Source of the DNA: Eledone cirrhosa | Lineage: Eukaryota | Length of the DNA stretch: 64,000 bases | Direction: 5' to 3' | Assembly: GCA_964016885.1 (NCBI GenBank) | Contig: OZ024741.1 | Span: forward strand, 138,694,001 to 138,758,000 | Shown here: positions 38,500-52,946 of the stretch, piece after piece | Numbering within the stretch: position 1 is the stretch's first letter | Layout: every line of letters starts with the position of its first letter | Notes under the pieces: generated by a model | Seen by the model: only the letters and a program-made list of their open reading frames with translations | Database searches by the model: none | Told to the model about the DNA's origin: nothing | Program-made: the position numbers and the translations under genes

Positions 38500-39450
38500 A
38501 AAATAAAATATTTTACTTTGTGTGAAGTGTTAAGTGTTAATTTATTTATTAATTAACAATGGCATTTATTTATCTATTTATATATGTAATAATTGTATAT
38601 TACCGGTTGCAGCATTTTATGCATTATCAAAGGGGTATTTGTATTGGTATAAAATGTTGGAGAGAAAATAATGTGTTGAACATATTAAGGAAATGGGAAA
38701 GAAAGAATAATGTTATTTACAAACAAGGTTTTTGAATAAAAAGAAAAAAAAGGGGGGGGGGGATTGTGGAACGTGATAAGGTAATGGGAAAGACAGAATA
38801 ATATTATTTACAGGCATAGTTCTTGAGGATAAGCAGTTCAAAATGTGTTATTATAGCAAGAGCGCTTGGTTGGTCCATAATGGAGGCAAATGGTAGTCTG
38901 GGATTTGATATGATTTCCTTTTTTAGCGAGTTAATATGCAGGGGGAGGAAATTCAGGGTGGACAGGTAGGGGAGAGAGAAATGAGAGGGGCAATTCATTT
39001 ATTATAAGAAAAAGGATTAGGTAGGGTGCAAGGGGGGTAACTCGTTAGAGAACATGAGAATTGGGGCTTTGGTTCATTGTTTGTTCCAGTTTTAGTTTAG
39101 TCTGAAGTTTAGTCCATTTAAGTAGAGGTTGGAATTTGTTAATGAAGTGCGTTTCCTTATTAGTATGGTACGATGGATGAAAGAAGCGTTGTCTATGAAT
39201 TTGTAAATGGGGAAAATTTAAAGTTTGGATGTTGGTTAGGTGTACAATTGGCGATATGTTCACTAAATGCAATCTTCCTGTATTCCTGTATTTTGATCTG
39301 TGATCTATGGACGGTCATTCGTTGTCAGAGGCTGTTTTTTTACTGTCCTATGTAGTGCTCTCGACAACCTGAACAGGTCAAAACATAGATTAGGTTTTCA
39401 GATGCATGTGTAAAGTTGTATTTAACTGTGAAATGTTGTCCTTGTTTAAA
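38500..39450 (-). mobile_element. Penelope-like element 3' part: GIY-YIG endonuclease relic + 3' UTR
   Basis: Minus translation 'ASENLIYVLTCSGCREHYIGQ*KNSL*QRMTVHRSQI...SEHIANC...ETHFINKFQP'. Confidence 0.85.
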
Positions 39451-39473
39451 ATGGAATGCTGAATCTTCTATAT

Positions 39474-39482
<9 letters not shown>

Positions 39483-39549
<67 letters not shown>

Positions 39550-39583
39550 TGAGCGAGAGAGAGAGAGAGAGCGAGCGAGCGAC

Positions 39584-39662
<79 letters not shown>
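39483..39662. repeat. (GA)n microsatellite
   Basis: Seen directly. Confidence 0.95.
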
Positions 39663-39664
<2 letters not shown>

Positions 39665-40067
39665 CATAATTCGATGGAAACCTAATTTTATACTATATAC
39701 AGAATCTCACATAATTTGTAAGCAGATATGTAATATATATTTCGTGTTACATAATCTTCGCCTTTCACATAATTATTATACATACAGTTACTCTTCCATC
39801 TATTTTTATGTGACTTTGGCTTCGTTGAGATTATTTAATGAACTAGTTGCATTAACAGAAATATTAACATAGGATTCTATTTCAGCTATTTTTTCACTTT
39901 CTTAAATTAGGTGAAGCTATATACATGGAGGCGTTCTTTTCTCCATTTTCCTTCAGCTTCAATGATTTTTCCATTGTGATTGCTTCAATGATATTTTGTT
40001 ATGGTAATTAGAGATCTACAGCCTGTAAATGTTACGCGAATTTATGCATGACATAATTATGTATATG

Positions 40068-40099
<32 letters not shown>

Positions 40100-40123
40100 T
40101 ACGCACACACACACATAAATAAA

Positions 40124-40164
<41 letters not shown>

Positions 40165-40167
40165 TTA

Positions 40168-40260
<93 letters not shown>

Positions 40261-40561
40261 GTGCATATTATATATATATAATTGCTATCTGTTTTCAAGT
40301 AAACATCACGCGGTTAAATACCTAAAGTAGAATCTGAAGAATCTGAAGAATCTGAAGAACTTCACTGCAGATTTTAACTACAGAGAATAGTCTAATAATA
40401 ACATATCATTTAAGCCCATAAAACGGAAATAATGGGCAGCGGCATGTTCGTGTATCGAACTCACATGTGTTATTTTCCCGATAAATGTGTTAGCTGATTA
40501 TATCAAATTAGCAGTGTGCATATGTAATGAAAAGTTTAATCGGAAGGTTAAGGGCTCCTAT

Positions 40562-42195
<1,634 letters not shown>

Positions 42196-42454
42196 CATAC
42201 ATAATCATACATATATACATCTTATTTATAATATGTATGTAATTATATTTTCTAAGTTTTTTAAATATACCTACTGCATTTTTATATCCATGATTCAAAT
42301 ATAGAGCAAATATCCAAACTATAAATTACTATAGACCTTATTTTGAACTCTGAATTATCCATGTATTTATTATTGTTTTTTCTAATGTCTGTGTGTTTAT
42401 ATATAATAGCCTCAGAAACGGCTTGAGCTCTGCCGTCGGGGTCATACGTTTTCC

Positions 42455-42491
<37 letters not shown>

Positions 42492-42786
42492 GTATGTATA
42501 TATGTGTGTATTTGTATGGTGGTGTGTGTGCTTGTGTGTGTGTGTGTGTATATATATATGTATGTATATGCATAGTGATTTAATGCTTTTTTTCATTGAT
42601 TATTTGCTCCAGGAACTTGTTGAGTGCTCTAAATCAGCTATACACATTTATACCCTTACCTATTTATTTATTATTTGTCGTATTCCCAACTATTTGTTTA
42701 ACCCTTTCGCCTTTTTATATTTTTATATATAAATAATATTTATGTATTTTCTCATATATATATATATGTGTGTGTGTATATATATA

Positions 42787-44337
42787 TATTAAAGAGTTAA
42801 ACAAGATTCAATGAGTGTATCAAAGAATGAGTTTTACAGTAGATTGGAAGCACTCTACGGTAAAATAATTTTCCAGAGTTATTAATATTAAAATACAAAT
42901 ATTAATAAAATAGATGTTCTTTTGATCAATTACATTTTATGATACATATTTCGGATGTACAACAGTACGTCCTCATCAGACAAAATATAATGATACATGA
43001 CAATCCCTGAGATGTTAGATGGTTAAGATTTAATCAAGGTAGTGATTAACCTAAGAGAAAATTTAACATTTATTCCCTAATAATGAGAAAATGCGAAAAC
43101 GTAATAAATTCAATAGAGAAAGTGTGAGTAAGAAAAACGTTGGTTAATGTGACAGCTATAGAGATTTTAAAATGTATGATAGTACAAGTTAAGTTTATCA
43201 AGAAAACATCTCATGAATTATAACAGTCAATGAGAGCCACTGAAATAAGATTTATAGAGAGGGAAAGATAAGGGGGGTAATATATGCAGAAGGAGATTTT
43301 TTCTCGAAAGTTAAACGGTTAAGTTTGAAAATATTTAATTCATGCTCTTTTAGGGTCAAGAATCACGATTTTAGTCTTTTTTTTTAAATTGCTGGTTATT
43401 TATATTTATTAGTTTTGTAAATTCTATAAGTGTGTTAACATTTCTAAACTTCTGAATTTTATGAGGATAACAGCGAAAAGGAAGGTTTACACTGTTGAAT
43501 ATTTTCCTAAATGTAAACTTTAACGAAGATAATCAATGTCAACATATTCGGTATGTAAAGCTTATGAAGTACTTATTGTTAGAAATATTTAAATAACGAT
43601 TATGTATATAGATATATATTAATGAGCCAGTATATTTTAGGTAAATGATACCGAAAATAAAGATAAAATAATAGATTGAGGCATGCTAAAGTTAAATATA
43701 TACCTATATATAACAGGGTGTAAATGCATTAATTATTCATAGTTCAAAATAAATAATAATCAAAGAAATTTAGAGGTTAACTAAAACTTATGTATGGAAA
43801 GATACAGTGAGGTATATATTGATATATATTAGGTATTAGTGATACAGTATAATTTGGGTAAATGATAACGGTTATAATTTTATGTAATGAAATGCGATGT
43901 GTTAAGGTTAAATACATATATATATAAGAAAAACAATAATAAATGCATGAATAATTCAGAGTTCAAAATAAGGTCTATAGTAAGTTATAGCTTGGATATT
44001 TGCTCTATATTTGAATCATGGATATAAAAATGCAGTAGGTATATTTAAAAACTTAGAAAATATAATTACATACATGTTATAAATAAGAGATCAAAAATGT
44101 AAACGCATGAAAGATTCACAGTTAGAAATAAGTTCCGTAAAAAGGTATGGGTTGGATATTAAACTAAAAAATTTAAAAACTTAGATAGGAAGATAAAGAT
44201 ATAGAAATAAAGAAATAATGGTATGGATCAAAGTTAATAATGTTATGTTATGTATAGCAATGTTCCGGCGTAATATATATATATATATTTAAGAGTTAAA
44301 CAAGGTTCAATGAATACATATAAGAATGAGTTTTACA
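42787..44337 (-). mobile_element. non-coding AT-rich PLE-type element with ~50-bp terminal direct repeats and a hammerhead
   Basis: 'aagagttaaacaag.ttcaatga...aagaatgagttttaca' at both ends; 43927-44087 is inverted at 42221-42383. Confidence 0.6.
42931..42989 (-). ncRNA. type I minimal hammerhead ribozyme
   Basis: tatattttgt-CTGATGA-ggacgtac tgtt gtacatcc-GAAA-tatgta-TC-ataaaatgta. Confidence 0.8.
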
Positions 44338-44365
44338 CACATACATGTGTGTGTATGTATATATA

Positions 44366-44438
<73 letters not shown>

Positions 44439-44811
44439 ATATGTGTATATATATGTGTATGTATATGTATGTGTATATGTATATGTATATGTGTGTGTAT
44501 GTATTTATTTATATGTATGTATGTGTATGTGTAATTGTGTGTATTGCTTACCACGTGTGTTTGTTCATCTCTTTGTTTCCTGTATCGCTGTCAACTTTAT
44601 AAGAATTTTTACATATATTTGTATTCTTATGTGACGGCCTATATGGTCGTCTACTGTTTTTTATTTTTATTATTATATTTTTTCTTATAATTAATTGTGT
44701 GTGTGCGTATGTAGGTATGTGTAGATATATCTATATCTGTGTGTGCGTATGCATGCGTTTATATATGTTTGTATGTATGGGTGTGTATGCACGTGTGTAT
44801 ATATGTATGAT

Positions 44812-44864
<53 letters not shown>

Positions 44865-44961
44865 GTGTATGTGTGTTTGTGTATTCGTGTGTATGTGTAT
44901 GTATGGATATGTGGATATATATATGAGTGTATGTATGTGTATTTGTACGTGTATGTGTATG

Positions 44962-45018
<57 letters not shown>

Positions 45019-45150
45019 GTGTGTATGTATATGTGTGTGTGTGGGGGGGGTGCATGTATTTTTCCTTTCCTTCTTCCTTTTCCAGCTTCACTTTCATATA
45101 GATTATATTTTTGTTTTTAAAATCCATTGTCAATAAATACACCAGGATTT

Positions 45151-45211
45151 TTTCATTCTGATGATTGAAGGCAAATTTTGTTTGCTTTCAAGAAACCACT
45201 GGTAAATGAAA
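45151..45211 (+). ncRNA. type I hammerhead ribozyme
   Basis: tttcatt-CTGATGA-ttgaaggcaaa ttttg tttgctttcaa-GAAA-ccactgg-TA-aatgaaa; 7-bp stem I and 11-bp stem II. Confidence 0.85.
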
Positions 45212-45321
45212 TAATTATCTTATGTTGTTTATTACATAACTATTAAGCTCTGTAACCTACATAGAGCACTCTTTTTTACTGGGCATTTTCGACGGAATTA
45301 CTTCATTCACACACACATATA

Positions 45322-45417
<96 letters not shown>

Positions 45418-45418
<1 letters not shown>

Positions 45419-46995
45419 CGAAGGCGTAGTGGTAAGGAACCAGATGGACCATAACGCACCAGAGTACTCAATACTTAGAGTAGTAGAGTGGGTGATAGGA
45501 GAAAGTATGAACCCGACGGCAGAGCTCAAGCCGTTTCGACGGCTATTTCTGGAGTAAAGTAAGAGTCTTTTTAGTCTGGTAAATAAATAGCCCTACTTTT
45601 CAAGGGGTACTTCCTTATATGGGAAGAGTAGAGTTGTCAAGAGCATTGGTCAAAATTTGTAGCAGACACAGAAATGTCTATCATAGCAATGGGTGCGAGG
45701 TGTGGGTGGCTGAACTTGCCTGTAGAACAATATGTGTGTGGGTAGAGCCGGTCAAGCTTTGAAGGTGAAATCTACACGGCAATTCTAAGGAATGTGTATG
45801 AAAGCAGGCCAGGGGAGGTAGGCGAAATAAACGTTTCTTTAGAAAATGGAGGAGGGATGTTATAGAATTGGTAAATCAAATGTGATTAGGCGACAAAGAA
45901 AAAATATAATAAAAAAGAATATAATAAGAAAATGAGAGACAGATATATCAGAATATAAGATTGGAAAGTGAGAAGTGAAATAAATCAAAAACTAAGTCTA
46001 ACACAGCTGCTATATGTAGTTGGTGCTGCTTTTTCGGCCAATGCTATCCGTAAGTTACTTGGGTGGTGGTACTGAAGCTAAAGAGGCCCGATGGGCTGCC
46101 TCGGGATAGGCGAAAGGGGGAAAAAAAATCAAAAGACAAAAAAAAAGGAACGAACGAGGAAGAAGTTCGCTGGTGGAAAGAAGCGATAGGAGGAGACAAA
46201 GGGAAGAAGAAAACATAGAGGAAAAGAAAAGGGGTACATCTACCTATATAGGTTGGGTGTTTCCCTATCTTATTCAGCAAGTGGGGTGCTTCAGCCCTTG
46301 TCTACCCACCCGGATCGTTAGGGGGTTTGAGGGCGAGGTAAGTCTTCCGCAATCTGTGTTTGCATGCAGTTACCAGTTCATCTTTTTTCTTTAGGAGTTG
46401 ATCCTTCGTAAACAGCATTTGTAATGTTTCCTCCGAGTATAAGTTACATGGACGGCGTCCACCCGTGTTAGCACTGAACACTAAGCTCCAAGTAATATGG
46501 TAAGTTATATTATCTTGGAGGTCCCAGATATGGCCCGAAAGTGTGGTAGCATGTCGCCAGGCCGGGTTTCGGAACGTATATTGGTGTTGGTAGAGCCGGG
46601 TCTTAAGGTCACAAGCGGTTAATCATTTTCTATAACGTCTCTCCTCCATTTTCTAAAGAAAGCTTTTTTCGCCTACCTACCCTCGCCTACTTTCACACAC
46701 ATTCCTTAGAATTTGCCGTGTAGATTTCACCTTCAACGCTTGACCGGCTCCACCTACTCCCCTATTCTTCTACAGGAAGTTCAACCACCCGCACCCCGCA
46801 TCCACTGCTATGATAGAATTTCTGTGTCTGCTACAGATTTTGACCAATCCTCTTGGCAACTACAATCTTCCCATATAAGGAAGTACCCCTTGAAAAGTTC
46901 GGCTATTTATTTACCAGACTAAATAAACTCTTACTTTAGTCGATAAATAGCCGTCGAAACCGCTAGAGCTCTGCCGTCGGGGTCATACTTACTCA
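45418..46995 (-). mobile_element. Penelope-like (Naiad-like) element: GIY-YIG C-terminus + pLTR, with an inverted pLTR copy
   Basis: Minus 46345-46620: 'LKTRLYQHQYTFRNPAWRHATTLSGHIWDLQD...ITW...CNLYSEE...LLKKKDELVTACKHR'. 45503-45868 is inverted at 46628-46990. Confidence 0.85.
46885..46983 (+). ncRNA. type I hammerhead with U3-A8 core (second copy 45510-45608, minus)
   Basis: acccc-TTGAAAA-g..cggctattta[hairpin]taaatagccg.c-GAAA-c(c/g)gc[9]gccg-TC-ggggt. Confidence 0.65.
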
Positions 46996-47167
46996 CATAT
47001 ATATATATAATAAGGAGTTGAGGGACCCAGCGTATTTATCAATGCCAAGACCGTATATCAGTGTACTCAATAGGCGTACTCAATAGGTTATGTAGAATAC
47101 ATTCCCAGAGTATACACATAGTTATTCGCTTCCAAACAACACACGTAAACGGGTGCCTATAGTGGTT

Positions 47168-47278
47168 CCCCGACTGGATTTTCGGCCACATTTAATGCAG
47201 CAATAGGGTGCACTGCACCCTCTGTCTGCATATATTATGCAACAATCCATGATCGGCGCATGTGGCTTCATCAGCGGC
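47168..47278 (-). ncRNA. hammerhead-like motif with branched stem II
   Basis: CTGATGA-agccacat[68 nt, two hairpins]atgtggcc-GAAA-atcca-GTC; stems I and III are imperfect. Confidence 0.5.
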
Positions 47279-47586
47279 TATCGCCTAATCAATAACCAAT
47301 CGATCGGTAGATTTCAACTCGTGTCTATGCCGGCTATGGCTATTTGTGACCGCCGACACAGTAAAGTTATTAGCAACTGGAATCTGATACAATTCTGTCC
47401 CCCGATCGGCCACCGATTTACAAATTTACGTGGTGGCAGCAGATTAGAAAACAAACATTTCCGCTCCGGTGAAAAGCTCTCAGCCAACGTGTCTCAAACA
47501 CAAATTAATAAGAGAGTGAAAAGTTGGTTATTAGAAAAAGCAGTCCCACATCGTTGTATAGTAGAATGGTAGCATTATATTATATT

Positions 47587-48345
47587 ACCTATCTGGTGGG
47601 TCATTTCTATGTTTAGATATTATTTTAATTTCTATGTTGCCTATGTTACCTGCATGTTGTTGTCTGGCGTGTTCGTATAGTACTGAAGCATTTTTTTCTT
47701 CCTTTTAGTTCCCCCCAGTGTTGGTCTATCCTTTCACCTATGCTCCGAGCTGTCTCGCCTATGTATGTTGTTGTCATTTTTCTGCAAGTACCCTCAGTAT
47801 AACTTATACTATAGACTACGTGTCTAGTTTTACAGTTTATCCGGTGGTTTACTTTACATATAATACATTTTCTATTATAATATCTAAACATAGAAATGAC
47901 CCAGCAGATAGGCAAATCAGAGAAACCAGTGAAATAGAAGTTAGAAGGCTAAACAGAAAAAAATGAATCGTATAACAACAACACCCAAACAAACAATACT
48001 CACCTAAGAGAAATAAAATAAATAAATAAATATATACACAAGCACAATAACAACAAACACATATAAACACATACTATTAAACTAAGATATAATACAATAA
48101 CCAAAATACAGTCACCCAAAACGCGAACATACATCAAACACTATACACACACGCAAACGCATGCGCAGAGAAGACAAAATAAATAAATAAACATTAAATA
48201 AAGGTGGTGTAGACATACAATACAGCAGGAGGAAACATAATAGCACCACTGACGATGTTGCAGATGTGCAACGAAAGAACTTTGTTAGACTATATATATG
48301 TGTTTGTGTCTATATTATATCTGTATGTTTGACCGTTGGTCAATA
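47587..48345. mobile_element. Penelope-like element relic with a 5' inversion (GIY-YIG minus; C-terminus + pLTR plus)
   Basis: 'CKTRHVVYSI...TYIGETARSIGERIDQH' (minus); 'SKHRNDPADRQIRE' then pLTR (plus). Confidence 0.85.
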
Positions 48346-48614
48346 TATATATGTGTGTGTGTGTGTATATATGTATATATATATATGACAGGCGGTTGAC
48401 TTTGAATCGTCGAAAGATTTTAGAGTTTTCAATAAAAAAGTAAACCAAAGAGAATAGATAGTGTTTGTACGTTTCTACTGTTGTTAGATATTTCTTGTTA
48501 TTGCTGTTTGCTAAGCAAAATGACTTCATGAAGAGAAGAAAGCTCATGGCATACATGATGCAAGGGGCCAACGGATCAATATATATATATATGATGTAAT
48601 GGGTCTACAGATCA

Positions 48615-48653
<39 letters not shown>

Positions 48654-49424
48654 GAAGAACCGAGGAAAATTGACATAGCGGACAACGAACGAAAACAAGG
48701 CAAATAGACAAACAATTTTTATAATATATATATATATACATTCTTTCATTTTTTAATGGTTTTAGTCACCAGAATGTGGCCATACTGGGGCACCATATTA
48801 ATTTAATCGGTTATATGAAATCCACTCACATATATTTTCAAGTCTTGTGCTCAATGCTTTGATTTATTGTTTTTCTAACCACTGAGTTATTTCACATAAT
48901 CATAGTCGCATGCACGGTCTCGAACACGCGTACGTACCTAAACTCGCATACTTAAACACACGAGAACACTCGTAGACACTTAAACTCAGGCGAATACGAA
49001 CACACACACACACACACACATGCACACACATAAACATTTTATTTCATGTTCCTTCAGGTCACTCAACGCGAAAGAAGGAGTTGCGCCGACACTGGTTTCA
49101 AGCTTTGTCACCTTTTGGCTTTTCCTTGAAAATCATGACTGAAATGGAGAGTTGGTAGGATTGATAACATGTTTCTGACTCGATTAGGCAAAACGATGGA
49201 GAGATGATTGTGGTTTCATATTCCATGACCTGTAAGGAGAAGAAGGTATACGGATATCATTCCCCTTGAATAAAAATAATATCTTTCCATACTATGAACG
49301 AAATGGATTAAAAAATAATTTGGTATAGTTTACGAATAGTTAAACAGAGAAAAATCAGATTAGTTGGTATGAATGTTATTCTACTAGTTGAATCAATCAG
49401 ACCATCTATGTTCCATTCTTGGGG

Positions 49425-49580
49425 ATTGACAACTAAACAGCCTGCTCGAGAAATTAACTAGGGTGTGGTTAAGCATTCCACAGACACGTGTTCCCTTAAC
49501 ACACTTCACATAGTGGTTTAGCATGACACATTTTGTGCCAAGTCAGGTACTTTGAATAACAGGTACGACATTTATGCCAT
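49425..49580 (+). mobile_element. interspersed repeat (third family; also 53805-53968 plus and ~5640-5730 minus)
   Basis: Shared blocks 'cagcctgctc..aaattaac', 'gcattccacagacac.tgt.ccttaa', 'caggtac'. Confidence 0.55.
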
Positions 49581-49977
49581 CTGTGGATACAGACGTGGGA
49601 TACCATGTATTGTTCAAGAACATAAACCACAGTGGGAAATTGAAATTACGTATAGCCGATCGTGTGTGTAACTCCCTACCTACATCACCACGCACCTTTT
49701 TAGGCGATGAATCTGTATAATGCAGCACATACATTTACTAAACACTGTATGGTACAATTGAGAATTTATGCATCTATTAGGTATCGTGAAAGTATCAAGA
49801 TGGTAAATGTATTGAAAGTAATTCTTAGAACATTAATGATTTATATCCAATTAGCTAAAGATAGAGAAGGCAATATAAACTTGGTAGCTCCAAGTATTTG
49901 TCATGTAACGAATTATTGTATTATCATGTTGACATTTGAATAACTTTTACTGTGGATATCGTAGCTTTAAACTAGTA

Positions 49978-50118
49978 AATTAGCGGATTCGTTAGAACAC
50001 AGTATTCGAAGCGACTCACTGCGGTTTGAGTTAAGATAACACTAATGTCAAGTTTGCTTTTCATAATTAGTCATCGATAAATAAAGTAGCAAAGAAGTAC
50101 TGGTGTCGATTCATTCGC
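49978..50118 (+). mobile_element. decayed tRNA-derived SINE
   Basis: 'tttgcttttcataattagtcatcgataaataaagtagc...gtactggtgtcgat'. Confidence 0.5.
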
Positions 50119-50329
50119 TCTCTTTTCACTTCACCCACTATCTGTCTCACTCTCTCTCTTTGGAAGAAAAAGGTCGCAAAGTAATCTGTGTTTATAACCT
50201 ATATATTGTTTACACTTATTTACAGAATCCCCTTATGAAAAATTTATAATGGGCTACTTTAATAAGAACTATGTAAAGCATTATCATAATTGTTCTTCAA
50301 AGAATGCCTTCGTATTAGTGACAATTAAT

Positions 50330-50770
50330 TCCATCGAATTTGCTGGAAACTGTGTGCATGATCTTTGGAATTATATGAGGATCACTGCGTAAATATCTGT
50401 CATCATTTATGTGGTATTTTGTCCTTATCAAAGTTTTTTCTCGTGAGGATCAGATGGTTCTTTTCGTGCGGATCAGACGGTTTTCGTTTGTATTTTGATG
50501 CATAAATTGCCGTTTCTGCATCATATATATTAAATGGATTGAATGTCCTCCTGCAGAATATTTCAGATAGTGTGCTTTAAAAGCATGAGCTCCTTAACGA
50601 TGGCACTAATTGATCTTCTGGTGCTCTTGTCGATAAATTCCAGTACCTATTGTACGAATCAGGGTGTTCTGATCCTATCAAGACAGTTAGCAGCCGTTTT
50701 GCGTTTAGCTACTGCTGTATTATACCCGTCACCTTCGTCCAGCTATTTGCAAACATTGAAAACAAACGAC
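50330..50770 (-). pseudogene. Tc1/mariner-superfamily (maT-like) transposase relic
   Basis: Minus translation 'VAKRK...DRIRTP*FVQ*VLEFIDKSTRRSISAIVKEL...TI*NILQEDI...QFM...ENRLIRTKR...EKNFDKD...DRYL.SDP..IPKIMHT', i.e. the HTH and first catalytic D region. Confidence 0.7.
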
Positions 50771-51608
50771 TGTGCAAATTTTATTTATTTAAATAAGCAT
50801 GATAATCCAAACAAATTAGAAATAAGATAAAGCTATTAAAAGAGGTATCTTCAAAGGTCTGAGTGACCTTGTATTTTATATTTTCACTTTCATGCATAAT
50901 AAATGACTATATATAATTACTAATTTGGTCTGATCGTTTACATATAACATGCCATTTAGTTCTTTAAAATGGTGTTTCACAAAACGGCTATACAATGTAA
51001 GAGTACATTTTAATGTACTTTTCATTGGGTAATTGAATTCAAGCATTTTCGACCTATGGATGCTGACCTACTTAATATTCAATGTGTATTGAAATTCTAT
51101 GTCAATTCACTTAACCTAATTTATATTTACCGATACATAAATATTTAACTCTGCATATCTCAGCAGTTACTTAAGACCCCTGAAAATATATCTCAATGGA
51201 ATACCAAGCTCAATTAAGATATAATAAATTTCTTTGAAACATTCCATTCTTCATTTCCTCATAAGAATAATACGGAAAATCTGCACTATTATATATTTTT
51301 ATATTTCTTATGTTCACAATTTTAATCGATTTTAAATAATGTAGTATATGTGAAAGCTCACTCAATTCCTGGTATATATATATATATTATAAACCATTGA
51401 TATAATTTATGAATAAGCTATGTAATGAGAGAGAAACGTCCTTAGATTTTTCCTTTTAGCTCTTACGATTTCAACAGTATAACTTAATTCTTTGAGCATA
51501 ATTTATTAAATAAATTGCTATAAAAAAAATAAAGGACACCATGCAGAGATGTAACTTCTTTTTTTGTTCTTTAACAATCATAGGGGTTTATTGCGGGTTG
51601 TGACTTGA

Positions 51609-51843
51609 AAGGGGAAATCATTAGGCCTTGCCGTATTGGAATACTTCCAGTACGTACAATCTGGACACACTCCAGATACATATTTGTACACAGGTATACA
51701 ATTTCTGGATACACTCCAGATATATGTGTACAATTTGTACACAAGTATACAATTTGTGCACGGGTATACAATTTCTGGACACACTCCAGATACATATTTG
51801 TGCACAGGTATTCCAATACGGCAAGGCCTAATGGATTCCCCTT
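51609..51843. mobile_element. MITE-like element: 36-bp inverted termini around tandem 'ctggacacactccagatac' repeats
   Basis: aaggggaaatcattaggccttgccgtattggaatac ... gtattccaatacggcaaggcctaatggattcccctt. Confidence 0.6.
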
Positions 51844-52085
51844 GCAGTACATACAATCTGGACACACTCACACACACCTTGGTATTATGCCAATACTATA
51901 TATCATTTCACACCTTTTATTATTAAGGTTTTTGATGTTCTATTGAGAGAATCGATTTTACTGAAAATATTGAATAATGTACACCATTTTACCAGAAATA
52001 AATACTGGTCCACCCACACACACACATTCTCACACACACACATATATACACACACATACACACGCGTACATTCACATACAAAGAG

Positions 52086-52123
<38 letters not shown>

Positions 52124-52860
52124 ACACACACGCACACGCACACACACACACATCCACACACACACACTTCTTCGTATAAGACAAGAGCTGAAACATATCT
52201 TTTAACATGTTAAAATATCCCCCACACACTTACAGACACATTCCTACTGACCATCCCTCTACCACAAATTACTCTGCTATACACACACACACACACACTT
52301 GTCTTAATAGGCATTTGAACTGTCAACAGGCTGCGTTTCGCACACACATCCCTGCTGACCATTATCACAACAACGAACCTCTTTACTACTACTACACACA
52401 CACACACACACATATTTGTTTTGAAAGACTTATTTCTCAGTGACTTCTCAATTAGCCGACACAAACCTACATTTGGCGCAAAATCAATTTTTAACATTCA
52501 CATAACCTCTACCGACCAATCAAAATTGTTTTGACCACAAGAAGTTTTGCAACACGAATTGGCGCAAAACTTATTTAAATACCGCTGGAGCCACTTTTTT
52601 AACATAAAAACCGGTATAATTCCCAAAACTAATCAGATCAGAGCAACCATCACGGACGCTCTATCTCAAAATTATTTTTGAAAAGCATTAGAAATGCGCA
52701 ACCGGTAAAACTTAAAACCAAAACTGAATACTAACCAATACTATTACTAATTCTCACTTATTCCTAATTAAACTATTTTTCACTGTGAACAATTTGTCAG
52801 CATTTTCTATTCCGTTTACCAATATATCATAACTTGTGTGTTACACCTCTATTCTTTTAA

Positions 52861-52946
<86 letters not shown>

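Noticed and set aside
38595-38640. Possible U3-A8 hammerhead (TTGATAA-tgcat aaa atgct-GCAA-ccggta) in the PLE 3' UTR
   Set aside because: GAAA is mutated and stem I does not pair; too degraded to call.
51645-51810. Repeat-spacer pattern resembling a CRISPR array
   Set aside because: Spacers are themselves repeated, the context is eukaryotic, and there are no cas genes.
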